Position numbers and translations under genes: made by a program. Positions 24,700 through 38,014 of a stretch of 64,000 nt of DNA are shown piece after piece. The notes under the pieces were generated by a model. It saw only the letters and a list, made by a program, of their open reading frames with translations, ran no database searches and was not told the origin of the DNA. How positions within the stretch are numbered: the first letter of the stretch is position 1; every line of letters starts with the position of its first letter. Origin of the DNA: Octopus vulgaris (taxonomy: Eukaryota). The stretch lies in the NCBI GenBank assembly GCA_951406725.2, contig OX597824.1, forward strand, positions 73,098,001-73,162,000. Reading direction: 5' to 3'.

Positions 24700-26839
24700 A
24701 TGAGTAACAAAAGACAAAAACTTGATGTTCGTTCACTTCAAGTCTCTGGACATCTGAATATAGATTTGTACAGCAAAATGATCGTGCTGTGTGTGCTTTC
24801 TGCTGTGAATCTGTTGTACATTATGTGTACAAAGACACTATCAAACTAGACACCAGACTACATTTAAAAACTCTGATGAGAAAAATGAAGCCATAAAAAG
24901 GGCTATTTCTAGTTAAAAAAGCACTTCTGTTTTTATTCAAATGCTTGGAACCAAAAATAAAGCCAACGAATGTAGTTAGACAATTGCTCAATGTATAGCT
25001 GAGAAAGGTAAACCTTTTACAGATGGAGAATTTATCAAAAAAGCTATTCTGAGAAGTGCAAAAATTTTGTTCAGTGATTTACCAAACGCTGAAACAATAC
25101 TGTCTCGAATTCAAGAAATACCAGTTTCTGCAAGATCAATTGAGTGACGTATAACTGATATAGCTGAAAACATAATGAAGCAAAAAGTTGGATTACAAAA
25201 AGCTGCTGCATTCAGTGTCACTATCAATCGTGTCCGGAAAGTTCGCCATGGTAACAAGATGTTAATGCCTCACTGTCTGTTGATTGGCTAAAATTCCCAA
25301 ATTTAATTCCAAATAACATGAGACTCTTTAATTTAAGTTACACCAAAATTGAAAACAATCTGAGCAAAATTAAAGGGGGGGGGCTGATTCTGCGAATGAA
25401 ATTAACTAGATCCAATTGCTTTACCACTTCTTATTGGTTGAAACAATCATGAACTAAGGAAGGCAACTCAACTTTTGTTTTGTGGCAAAATTGTCTTGCG
25501 GCGAACTTTCCTAGAACCGCTTTCGATGAAAGTACTGACGTGAATGACATAGCGCGCCTAGCAATTGTAGCAAGATACTGTGACAGTGATCGTATTTATG
25601 AAGAATTATGCTGTTTGATTCCTCTTACCGATACAACTACTGGACAGGACATTCTGACTGCATTTGTAAATTATTTCGAAAATCAAGGAATTAATATAAA
25701 TAAAATATTTTGTAATACTACTGATGGTGAACATGCAATGGTTGGAAAAGGAAAAAATATTTGTTAAGCTTCTTGAAAATTATATTGGACGCAATGTACT
25801 GTGTTTTAATTGCATTATACATCAGGAAAAGTTAGCTGCAAAAATTTCATCACAAAGCTCGAGTTCTGTCATGGAGACTGTTGTTAAAATAGTTAACTTC
25901 ACAGTTTCTCGCTCTTCACTGACTCACATACAATTGAAGTCCTTTCTGCAAGAATTGGACAGCGAAAATGCACACCTCCCACTACACAGCAATGCCCGTT
26001 GGATTGGTCGGGGTAATGTTTTGAACAGATTCGTATCATGCTTAGAAGAAATCAGAATATTTTTTTAAGAGAAGCATTTCCCAGAATTGAACAATGAAGA
26101 GTGGTTATTTGAACTGATGTTCCTAACTGACATAAGCAAACACTTGAATGATTTAAATTTGCATTTAAAGTGAGAGATCAAACAATACTTCGTCTTTTTG
26201 AACGCTGGAAATGATTTTTGTTAAAGCTAGATATTTTTTGGCGTGATATACTTAGCAACACTTACGAATACTTTCCAAATGAAAAAGCTTATTAAAATCG
26301 ATGTAATGTTAATAAAAATGAACTTCAAAAATATATTGCAACGCTGAAAGAGGAATTTTCCAAGCGAGGTAAGATTTCGAAATTTACGCTCCTATACTTT
26401 TCTTTATCATCAAACCTGATTTGATTGATTTGAAAACGAACCCATTTGATCTATCACTTTTTGAGTGGATGCACGTCGATAGTTTTGAAATGGAAATGAT
26501 TGAATTAACAACTTCAGAACTCTGGAGAACAAAATTGTGGAATTATTAAAAACTCTTGAAAGAAGCTACTTGGAGAAGTTTGTTACCGTCTTCAATTGCT
26601 GGATGTCGTTGCCTGAAAGATTCAATTCTTTGAAGAAAATCTCATGTGCTCTGCTTTCAGCTTTTGGCTCAACATATACATGCGAACAAAGTTTTTCACA
26701 TATGAAATCTGTTTTGAGTCCACAAAGAAGTTGTCTGACAATTCAACATTCGGAAGCTTGTGTGAAGCTTAAAGTCACAAATTATGCATCTGATATTGAG
26801 AAATTAAGCAAAAATGTACATAGACAAAGTTCTCATTAA
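24700..26839 (+). pseudogene. hAT transposase pseudogene (GTF2IRD2/EPM2AIP1/SPIN-like)
   Basis: BED-finger-like AVCAFC, KGKPFTDGEFIK, FDESTD, TTDGEHAMVG, CIIHQE, RWIGRG, SAFGSTYTCEQSFSHMK. Multiple stops and frameshifts. Confidence 0.9.
25230..25518. mobile_element. MITE-like insertion in the hAT transposase
   Basis: Inverted ends ggaaagttcgcc / ggcgaactttcc; splits FSV|AFDESTD. Confidence 0.6.
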
Positions 26840-27674
26840 TTTATAGAAATTTACTCTAACTATTGTTTAGACCTTGTTTATTATTTTGTTCTGTTGTTTA
26901 TAATTTGAAAAATGTTTTTAAATTAATTTTTTAAATAAAATTATATTTATTTGCATTACTGTCTGCATCACTTTTGTATATATACGCGTGCGCATGTATA
27001 CATGTGTGCGTGTGTGTTTCGTATGTATACATGTGTGTGTGTGTGTGTGTGTTCGTGCATGCGTGCGCGCATGTATGTATGTATGCATCTATGTATGCAT
27101 ATATGTATGTATGCGTTATGTATGTACACGTGAGTTGATATTTGTAAAAGACATAGGAAGACAATATTCAATTTATGTTATAGAGTTTATTTTGTCATTG
27201 GCTGGAAGCTTGAGATTGGAATCTAATGACGAAAGTAATATCCTGTTAGGGCATATAGTCCGGCGCAAGCTCAACCCTCCATCGTCCTAGTATCAACCGA
27301 TATCATCTGATCTAACCGATCGATATTTATTTATCTCACATCTGTTTGTTAAAACGAATCGCTCGCTAAACGTTTCTTTATCGGGGAAATCAGTCGAAGC
27401 TTGATATTGCTGTCGGAATGGTTCCTCTGCAAGTCATATAGACCCGTAAGATTCAACGAAACTAATACAAAACGATTCAAAACGAAATGCTCGTAAATTA
27501 TATTTACAACTACAGCTTATCCGAGAATCGAACAACTGCAAGCAGAGAGAGCGTCGTTGATTCGATTTGACGGAACTCTGCTGCTAATCACAACCGTTAT
27601 TTGTTCGTGCATTCACACAGACATTCACTAACGGAACAGTCATATCCACATATATTTACACACATACAACACGT

Positions 27675-28055
27675 CTTTTACCTTTAACTTGTTTCAGTCA
27701 TTTAGACTGCAGCCATGCTGGGGCACCACCTTGAAGGGTTTAGTCGAACAAATCGACTACAGTACTTTTTTTCTAGGTCTGGTACTTATTCTAGTGGAAT
27801 CTTTTTGCCGGACCGCTAAGTTACGGGCTCAAACAAGCAAGCACAGTTTGTCAAACACAAGCACAAAGATTCACACACCCATACACGTACACGACGGGCT
27901 TCTTTCAGTTTCCGTTCGTTCACGAAATCCACTCAGAAGACATTAGTCGACCCGAGGCTATAATAGAAGGCGCTTGCTCAAGGTTTCACGCTGTGGGACA
28001 GAAGTATACATAGTTTGGAGGCAAGCTTCTTAACCACGCAGCCAGACCTACATGC
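27675..28055 (-). mobile_element. SINE family A, diverged
   Basis: Reverse-complement similarity to family A. Confidence 0.7.
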
Positions 28056-28172
28056 CTGCATATACCTACATGCATGCATATACATACATACACACACACA
28101 CACAGACACACACAGACACACAGACACACAGACACACAGACACACACACGCGCGCACACAGACACAGACACA

Positions 28173-28215
<43 letters not shown>

Positions 28216-28222
28216 GTATATA

Positions 28223-28400
28223 CTCGAGGTAGTGCTGAAAGTTTCTGGCTTTGGGTAAAAGAAAATACAGGAGGATCAATTAATTACGATTTTATATTCA
28301 ACAGCGGTGGTGCCCCAGCATGGCCGCGGCCTTCGGGCTAAAACATCTTTAAGGATTTAAGGATATTCCCCTTTCAGATTCACACACTTACTGCAGCGGA
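28223..28400 (-). mobile_element. Mariner 3'-end remnant interrupted by a SINE tail
   Basis: TIR-like ctcgaggtagtgctgaaagtttctggcttt; minus strand RCSKCVNLKGEY (mariner C-terminus KCVxxxGEY). Confidence 0.55.
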
Positions 28401-28428
28401 TATATAATTGTTAAACAGGAAGTTAAAC

Positions 28429-28476
<48 letters not shown>

Positions 28477-28691
28477 GACACACACACACACCTCCACAGA
28501 ATGATCATAGAAAGTGTGACCCCAAATGACATTTGCCAGGCCAACCTACGCACAACACACACTCAGTGACATCGAAATGGACGGCCAAAGTTCTTATAAA
28601 ACCACAGGAGGTCCAGCAGACCAACGGAAATAACACTTCTTCACTCTCAGATATAAACGCGCACACACACACACACACACACACATGCACA

Positions 28692-28723
<32 letters not shown>

Positions 28724-28935
28724 TACACACATTTTTTCTCTGTCTCACTTCCTCCTCACCCACTACTACGAAACTATAAAATGTTCAAACTCCCCACAAC
28801 TGATTTGATTTGAAAAGCCCACTAGAATGGGAGCAAGCGCTAATCCGAATGATATGATATGATATATATGTAAAAAAATGTAATATATAAATAAATATCT
28901 ACAAATATGAACCATCTGATCTGATTACCTCATTT

Positions 28936-28968
<33 letters not shown>

Positions 28969-29149
28969 ATGTGCCTAGGTACTTGTAACATTTTTTGTGT
29001 GGAAAGGGAGAGATAGAGAGACCGTTGATGCACAGGTTTTGGGTTGGGTTTTGGGATTGAATTTCCTCGTTCTATAACCAAACACGAACATTTTTTTGGT
29101 CAAAATTCGATGCTTATATCAGCTAAAAATGTTGTTATTAATTCCAGTT

Positions 29150-29280
29150 GTTTTGGGGGGGTTTTTTTGGCATTTTAACCCTTTTAGCAAATATCTTCTG
29201 ATCGTCTACAAAGAAATTATGAGTTACATTGATATTTCTAGCAGTTGAAGATCCTAGCATTAACCATTTGTTTTCTGCAG
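29150..29280 (-). pseudogene. R4-like RT fragment
   Basis: NINVTHNFFVDDQKIFAK (cf. xxHxxFVDDLKLYA). Confidence 0.5.
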
Positions 29281-30046
29281 GATGTATGTATGTATGTATG
29301 TATGTATGTATGTATGTATGTATGTATGTATGTATGTATGTATGTTTGTATGTTTGTATGTACGTATGTACGTATGTATGTATGTATGTATGTATGTATA
29401 TATGTATGTATGTTTGTATGTACGTATGTACGTATGTATGTATGTATGTATGCATGTATCTATGTATGTATGTATGTATGTATGTATTAACCTCCCTAAC
29501 CTAATCCCCCACACACACGTACGCAGGGTTTATACTTTAAATTGTTCCAGAGTGAAGGGTCGAAATTTTTGATAACACTATTCCCAAAGACATAAATATT
29601 CTCATGAGACATGAAAAAATAAGTCGCTTGAGAATGTTCCTCTTAGTAAACGAGAATAATTGACTAGACGGAGGAATAACCAATTACTATACTGATCAAT
29701 AGCTGTTGGCTATACTCATGAATAGCTAATGACTATACGGCTAAATAAGCAATGACTATACTAGCCAATGACCAATGACTGTAGTTTGATTGTGTTGAAT
29801 ACTCTTGTTAGGTTTCAGCCAGAATTGGTTCAGGCCAAGATGAACTTAAAAGTACCATCTGGAGAAGGCATTTAATCATGCTTCATGTTACCTCATACTT
29901 TGGACACTATAGCCTATTTGAGTATAGAGTTACTGTTTGCAGTAATGTATACCGTTGTTCGTCGTTTGTCTGGAATTTGTAGAAGCAATTTGCCCAGGAA
30001 TCGTTCGAATGCTATTGGGTCTTTTTTTTCCCCTTGTGTGTCTTAC

Positions 30047-30259
30047 TCTTTTACTCTTTTACTTGTTTCAGTCATTTGACCGTGGCCATGCTGGAGCACC
30101 GCCTTTAGTCGAGCAAATCGACCCCAGGACTTATTCTTTGTAAGCTTAGTACTTATTCTATCGGTCTCTTTTGCCGAACCGCTATGTTACGGGGACGTAA
30201 ACACACCAACATCGGTTGTCAAGCGATGTTGAGGGGACAAACACACACACACACACACA

Positions 30260-30319
<60 letters not shown>

Positions 30320-30485
30320 CGGCGGGTTTCTTTCAGTTTCCGTCAACCAATTCTACTCACAAAGCTTTGGTCGGCCCGAGGCTATAGTAGAAGACACTTA
30401 CCCAAAGTGCCACGCAGTAGGACTGAAACCGGAACCATGTGGTTGGTAAGCAAACTACTTATCACACAGCCAGTCCTACGCCTAT
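30047..30485 (-). mobile_element. SINE family A, full length
   Basis: Reverse complement of family A. Confidence 0.9.
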
Positions 30486-30999
30486 AGGCGTAGAATGTCT
30501 TGGTAGAATGTTAAAGAGTGCCGGACCAGTTGAGGTGAAACTGTTCTGTCTTAGTGTTGTGATATGACGTAAGCATGATTTTTGCAGAGGATGGATGTTA
30601 CGGGACCGACATCATCTTGGCAATGTCGGCGGAATGTTTTTCACATCATGCAAATGATATAGTGCTCACGGCAGCATTGGAGGGAATACAGTTTGAGCTC
30701 CTCAAGCCGAGCCAAGTAATCAAAACCTGTCATGTACCCCATTTATGTGTGTGTGTGTGTGTGTGTGTGTGTTAGCGGGAGAGATTGATCTCTGGGATGC
30801 TTCAAAAACTGGACAATATCAGTTATTGTATTGATCAATAACCAATGAGTATACCGGCCAATATCAGCGACAATACTGTACGGACCAACAACCAATGTTA
30901 TTCTGGTGAATGACCATTAATTGTATATATTTAACCCGAGTAAAAGCTGCTTCATACATCAATTTAGTACACACATCTATAGTATTATGAATATACCAA

Positions 31000-31520
31000 A
31001 GACTGAAGCATCGTAGAATAATACATCATAAGTTAAGTTGTGTTGATATGGCTGTAAAACTAGGAAAGCAATTGCGTGACATTTTTAAGGAATAAAAGTT
31101 AACTTGCTAACGTTTTTGTGTAAGGAAAAGCACACACATAATTTCGTCTCAAAGAATTCATCATCTTGGAGCCATTACTGTTTATAGTGCCTCTCTCTCA
31201 GACATATCTGCAGTTATAAGAACAGCCATTCTCAATTACTGATATTAACAAAATGTCAAAGGCAATCAAGAATTCTGATAATGCCAATAACCTATTGAAA
31301 ATCCGAAAGCCATATAAAGGTAGGCTGATAAAAAATACATTCAGTTCAATGTTAGAAAGTGTAAAACACTCTACAATCACCCTTCGAAAACCCCCAGCAA
31401 AATGAGTATATGATACTAAGAACCTGGTTAGACGGCAATGCTAAGGGCAGGATTTATGTGAGATCAGGATATTTTATTAGGTCTTGGGGCATCATTTCAT
31501 AATGATATTACAGAAATTAA
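31000..31520 (+). pseudogene. CR1/L2-like RT relic
   Basis: KLGKQLRDIFK, LEPLLFIVPLS, DINKMSKAIKNSDNANNL, ADKKYIQFNVRKCKTL, LGIIFHND across frameshifts. Confidence 0.55.
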
Positions 31521-31689
31521 AACAGGCGGGTGGATTAAGTACCAGACTTACAAAATATGTAAGAAATGGGGTCGATTTATTCGACAAAACCCCTCAAGGT
31601 AGTACCCCAGCATGGCTGCAGTCCAATGACTGAAACAAGTAAAAGATGGAAGATACTTACATAGACTTTTACTTATATTCTTGCAATCA

Positions 31690-33592
31690 CACATGTATTC
31701 GTTCATACATACACACTTACACTCATATATGTATACATACATACGTACACGTATACATGCACACATACATACATGCATGCATACGTACATCCATACATAT
31801 ATACGTACATACATGCATACATACGTACGTACATTCATTTTTACAATTATACATACTGGCATTGATGCATATATACGTATGTACCTAGTTGCGTACGCAC
31901 ATAGTTGCGTACGTACATAATATTAATGCATATATGCATACTTACACTCATACATATACACACATACGTACGTGCATGCGTTCATACATACATACATGTA
32001 CATATATACATACGTACATATATACGTACATACAGAAATACATAAATACATACGTACATACATGTACTCATACATATACACACATATACGTACGTGCATA
32101 CGTTCATACATACATGTACATATATACATACGTACATATATACGTACGTACATACATGCAAACATATATGCATACATACATACATAAATACATACGTACA
32201 TACATGTAGATATACATATATATGTATGTGTGTGTGCCCGCGCATGTGTGTACATACATACATACATACATACATACATACATACATACATACATACATA
32301 CATACATACATAATACATACATACATACATGAATACATACATACATACATACATACACACACACATACATTCATACATACATACATACATACATACATAC
32401 ATACATACATACATACATACATACATACATACATACATACATACACGTACGTATACACACGTACACATATACTGATACATACGTACGTACATCCACGTGC
32501 TTAATGTATACATATGCGTACATTCATACATACATAATTTTTTTTAAGGAATAACAATAACTACATAGAAATACAAAACAAAAACACTAACAACAAGCAC
32601 ATGAATAATAATCGATAACGATTTCGTTTAATCAGCCATTGTACACAGAGCAAGACATTTCAGACATATCCATATTGAATTAAGGACGTTAGCTTTTAAT
32701 TCGTTTGGAATATATCTGCATAAGTATATGTGTGTCTGTCTGTGTGTCTGTAGGTACACAGATATTAGCACTCATACGCACATACACATGCACGCAACTG
32801 AAAATGTATTGCAAATCGGTTGGTAGACATGTTTATTCATACATACAAACCTACCGACATGTGTGTGTGTGTGTGTGTGTGTGCGTGTGCGTGTGTGTTT
32901 GTATACATATATGTGTGTATGTGTGTGTGTGTGTGTGCGTGTGCGTGTGTGTTTGTATACATATATGTGTGTATGTGTGTGTGTGTTTGCATACATATAT
33001 GTGTGTGTGTGTGTGCGCGCGTGTGTTTGTATACATACATATATGTATATATATATATATACATACATACATACAAACATACATACATACACATACATAC
33101 ATATATATAGAGAGAGACAGATAGATACACACACACATATATATACATACGTTTGTATATACATATATGCATACATACATATACATGCACATATACATAC
33201 ACACCTATATATATATATTATATATACATACATATATACACACACGCACACGCACACACACACCTATATTAGACAGATAGCCAGACAGTTGGATGGATGG
33301 ATGGACGGATGGATGGATTGAGTGATTAATGGATTGATTGATTTCGATCAGACGATCGTAGAAATTTACAATCAGAACTCAAGAATATAAACAGGTTGAG
33401 TATACTTGGTCTTTGCTGTCTTTTTACACCATATGGCATATGTTAGGATTCTTCTTTTCAGAGATGTGAGTCGTTACATCTGGCCACGTTGCAGGAAGAC
33501 TGCATACATACATACATACATACATGCATGCATGCATACATACATACATACATACATGCATACATACATACATACATACATACATACATACA

Positions 33593-33623
<31 letters not shown>

Positions 33624-33650
33624 GTGTGTGCATGTATGTATGTATGTATG

Positions 33651-33684
<34 letters not shown>

Positions 33685-33690
33685 TGCATG
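31690..33690. repeat. Long compound (TACA/TATG/CA/TA) microsatellite region
   Basis: Seen directly; short unique interruptions. Confidence 0.9.
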
Positions 33691-33899
33691 TATGCCCGAA
33701 CATGACCGCCGTCAGATGGCTGAAACAAGTAAAAGATATAAGACATGTGTGTGTGTCTGTATTGTGTGTGTATATGTATGTTGACGCTTGTTGTAATTTC
33801 TTGTTGTTTGTATTCGTAATTGTGTACCATGTTCTCCGTTTTTTTTTTTGTTTGTTTGTTTGCTTGCTTGTTTTTTGTCTTTGCTGCTGTACACATTCG

Positions 33900-34150
33900 C
33901 TAGCTTTTTTGACAAAGGGGTCTAATGCTCTTGGCTTAGACTTTTTTTGGTGGCAACCAGATCGAACCATCTCAAGTGTAACTACCCGAAATGGTCGTGA
34001 CTTCTGGGACTTGACTGATGAAAGAAAGCCAAGAATGACCCGTCCTTTTTTTTTGCCTGTCCTTCTAATTGTTGTCTCTCTTGTCCGCCTTTGTATAGTC
34101 TATCTGTCCGAACGTTTTAATGCCCTCTATTGCGTTTTTGTTCCATATAT
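33900..34150 (+). mobile_element. Short repeat carrying a permuted hammerhead-like motif
   Basis: Homologous to 20300-20508; intact CTGATGA at 34015-34021. Confidence 0.65.
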
Positions 34151-34190
34151 TTATATTCATACCTATACACACACACACACACACACACAC

Positions 34191-34233
<43 letters not shown>

Positions 34234-34505
34234 TTTAATGTTCCGTTAGAGGTAGGATCAACAGAAAATAGTACTCCATCAAGTGAGTGATAAATATCAT
34301 TTCATGTACACAGTATTAAAATAACAGCAACTAATAGTTTGATACCACGGAGACACGGTAATCCGGCAGATTCATATAACGTACCTTGTGTCTCCAAACA
34401 ATCTTGCAAGCCCAGTGCACATGGATGGTCCTATTTGAAAACTAGGACGCTGGTACATGAGAAAAGGCAAGAAAAAACGAAAAACAAAAATGCTATATAT
34501 TTGCA

Positions 34506-34700
34506 TACAGGGTGCGTCAGTTATTTTAAGTCATTTGTATGAATTTAGAAGAAGATGCTTAACTCATCAAAGAAAGGCTGTATTTGAAATCAAACTGATA
34601 CAAATAATCTTGAGACTCCTTTTAACACACCAATTCAACAAATCGACCTTTAGCACCAATCATTGCATCAATACAGGATGGTAAGCGTTAACATGTCCAT
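34506..34700 (-). mobile_element. Tc1/mariner-type terminal remnant
   Basis: ta-cagggtg terminus; minus strand LPSCIDAMIGAKGRFVE (cf. RLEAVIAAKGGYIE). Confidence 0.4.
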
Positions 34701-35005
34701 ATATTTTTTATCTTTATCACTTTTGGATATATTACTGGTTATGGCGGACTTGAAAGCTTATATGATACTAATGTGGATGTTGACTGTTTTGTCTTCATAC
34801 TATATGAACTAGATCGATTCTACTCATTAATATTCATGTAAAACGTTAAGTCCTTTGTATGTGACATATCGTATAAAACGTTAGGTCACCTGTCCGTTTT
34901 TAACTAGTTTCCCCTCTAGTTTCTATATTCGTTACACATGAAGAGGGAAAGCAGTGTCTGTGCAGCGAGAGGTGAAAAAGCGAGAAATTATTATACAGAA
35001 AAAGG

Positions 35006-35040
<35 letters not shown>

Positions 35041-35569
35041 TATGCTTCTGTGTGTATGCTTCTGTGTGTGTGTGTGTGTGTGTGTGTGTCTGTCTGTCTG
35101 TCTGTCTGTCTGTGTCTGTGTGTCTAATATGCAAATTAATTGGTTTAATTTACTTTTCTATAATTCGATACATAGTTAATATATATTTATCTATGCTTGT
35201 CTTTTTCCCTGGCAGATAGTTCAGTACCATTGGTTCAGATGCATATTATTTCAATAGATTCGGTTCGTGTTTGATCTGGTTTGATCTTTGGAATATTAGT
35301 AGAATGGAAAAAAAATGTATATCTGTTAGTCCATGTTAGTTTATTAATCTATGTTTGAAGTCTTTGGTTTGTTGCTTCTTGTGTTGTTATTATCATGTTA
35401 TGTATCAGTGGTTCTGTAGGTTTTGTTTAATACGTTTAGTTCGCTGGTTCTATTTCGTACAACAGTTTTTTCTTTTTTTTCCCCCTTTTTTTTTATAACA
35501 ATCCCATTTATGGAAAGAATTTCTTCGCTTTATTTTAAATTCTAGCTTTGTGGCTAATAGTTAATACCC

Positions 35570-35952
35570 GTTTCTATACTAGGTACAAGGCCCGACATTT
35601 TGGGGGAGGAGGCAGTTGATTACATCGATCCAGTACGCAACTGGTACTTAATTTATCGACGCCGAAAAAATGAAAGGCAAAGTCGACCTCGGTGAAATTT
35701 GAACTCAGAACGTAAAGACAGACGGAATACCTCTTTTACTCTTTTACTCTTTTACTTGTTTCAGTCATTTGACTGCGACCATGCTGGAGCACCGCCTTTA
35801 GTCGAGCAAATCGACCCGGGACTTATTCTTTGTAAGCCCAGTACTTATTCTATCGGTCTCTTTTGCCGAACCGCTAAGTGACGGGGACGTAAACACACCA
35901 GCATCGGTTGTCAAGCAATGCTAGGGGGATAAACACAGACACACAAACATAT

Positions 35953-36049
<97 letters not shown>

Positions 36050-36225
36050 TACGACAGGCTTCTTTCAGTTTCCGTCTGCCAAATCCACTCACAAGGCATT
36101 GGTCGGCCCGTGGCTATAGCAGAAGACACTTGCCCAAGATGCTACGCAGTGGGACTGAACCCGGAACCATGTGGTTGGTTAGCATTTCGCCCGGCATGCT
36201 AACGTTTCTGTCAGCTCACCGCCTT
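35570..36225 (-). mobile_element. SINE family B interrupted by SINE family A (35733-36180)
   Basis: Family B sequence ...gacggaatacc resumes as agcatttcgcccggc after the family A copy. Confidence 0.85.
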
Positions 36226-36533
36226 ACTAATAGCTTATACTATTTCATATTCGATGTTATTTCAATAATAAGCAGTTTTTGACGTAATGGACATACTACG
36301 CTAATATTTCGCTCCTGTAGTTTTCCAATGATACCTAGTAAGCGTTTATGCTTTTAACGCTGTTGACACTGTCGGAGTGAATGGTAATGCCCAGTTTCCG
36401 CCTGGAGAATCCACTCACAAGGTTTTGGTCGATCCGAGGCTATAGTAGAAAACACTTTCCTTGATGCCACGCTCTGGGACTGAACCTGGAACCATGCAGT
36501 TCGGAAGCAAATTTCTTACCACAGAGCCAGGCC

Positions 36534-36609
<76 letters not shown>

Positions 36610-36642
36610 ACACAAACACACACATACACACATACACACACA

Positions 36643-36856
36643 CAGATCGCCATGTTGATTCGCTAGCCTCTGCACGCATTTTTTTCTCTCCTTGTTTCTC
36701 TCCGTGTTTCTTTTCTGTGTATCTTTCTGTTGAAGAGCGTAGGCTCGAAACGTAAAAGACTTGTTTTATTTATATTCCTGAGCGCCATACTAATACAATT
36801 GTTTGTTTGTACTCCACCTGCCTTCGTCTTTTGTTTATTTTCATAAAGCTTCCCGT

Positions 36857-36858
<2 letters not shown>
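36643..36858 (+). mobile_element. Solo copy of the Penelope terminal repeat (same as 20030-20245) with a hammerhead-like motif
   Basis: About 215 bp nearly identical to 20030-20245; tcttt-CTGTTGA-a-gagc-gtag-gctc-GAAAC-GTA-aaaga at 36722-36759. Confidence 0.85.
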
Positions 36859-36906
<48 letters not shown>

Positions 36907-37162
36907 TACATATACATATTTGTATATATGTGTGTGTATGCATACATACATATATGTATAAACACACACACACATACACACACACACACGTACATATCTA
37001 TCATGCGTGTCTCTAAAATAAACGATATGTAACTTAAAAACTATTGTCATCTTTTGTCCCATAAGCTATTTTCTTTTTCTTTAGTGAACCAATTTTGACA
37101 AAGTTTGAATAATTAGGTCCGTCTAAATGAAATATCTTATTTAAGCGTAATTAAAACAAAAA

Positions 37163-37555
37163 TCTTTATATATAAAACTAAGGTTGTGTGTCTGTCTACT
37201 CCGATTTAGATTCCTAACTACTCCCACATTTTGCGGTGCAGTTTAACCAAAACCGGGTATCTTATAGTCGTGATTCATATCAAGCCCTTCTGGGTATTAG
37301 CGCGCATCTACGATGAGTCTACGATTTTAAAAATAATTTACCATCATTTATTTCCATTTTAATGCATATTTTTTTAATATAAGGGAAGTAACTCTCTAAA
37401 AATGTTTACGATGAGTCAAGGATTTTAAAAAAATTTACCATAGTTTTTTTTCCATTTTTAATGCATTTTTTGCTATTTTTTGGGCTATAACTCTCTAAAA
37501 ATGCTTTATAGTTATTTCCCTTACAAATCCGAGCAACGCCGGGCGATACTGCTAG
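37163..37555 (+). mobile_element. Non-autonomous Helitron
   Basis: 5' TC start (tctttatatataaaa), subterminal hairpin tccgagcaacgccggg, 3' CTAG, inserted between A and T, no TSD. Confidence 0.85.
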
Positions 37556-38014
37556 TTAATGATAAAGAAATAAGAAAATTATATTGCATAGAAGCTGCAG
37601 CTATACGTTACACTGTTCTTTTTTTAACGTTCTTTTAAACCCACCCAATTTTGTTTATAACGTCTAAAAATAGTGGAACACTGTTCTTTTTCAATGAACT
37701 TTACCGCTTTGACTTTAGTCAAGAATTATATTTAGCGAGACGACACGAAGAAATAAATACTGACCTTAAAAATATTATTCACCAACTGTCATGGTTGACT
37801 AATATGTATTTGCATGTATGTATGTATGCACGTATGTACACACACACGCGCGCGAATACATATATGTATATATATATATATCATATTATATATATAATGA
37901 TACATACATACACACATATACATATATTTACACATTTAAATATACATATATATATATGTAAATATATGTATATGTAAATATATATAAGTATATGTATATG
38001 TGTGTATGTATCAT

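Larger units (their letters stand above)
23837..26940 (+). mobile_element. hAT (Buster/Charlie/SPIN-like) transposon relic; left TIR present, right TIR not seen
   Basis: Left end catgcgtcggcaacctatggca preceded by an NNNTANNN-type site (ctttagat); transposase pseudogene inside. Confidence 0.8.

Noticed and set aside
31548-33970. Many long ORFs of the YVCM/HTYI type (also near 4.6, 10.5, 15.4, 39.5, 52.8 and 56.9 kb)
   Set aside because: Stop-free translations of (TATG)n, (CA)n and (TA)n repeats.
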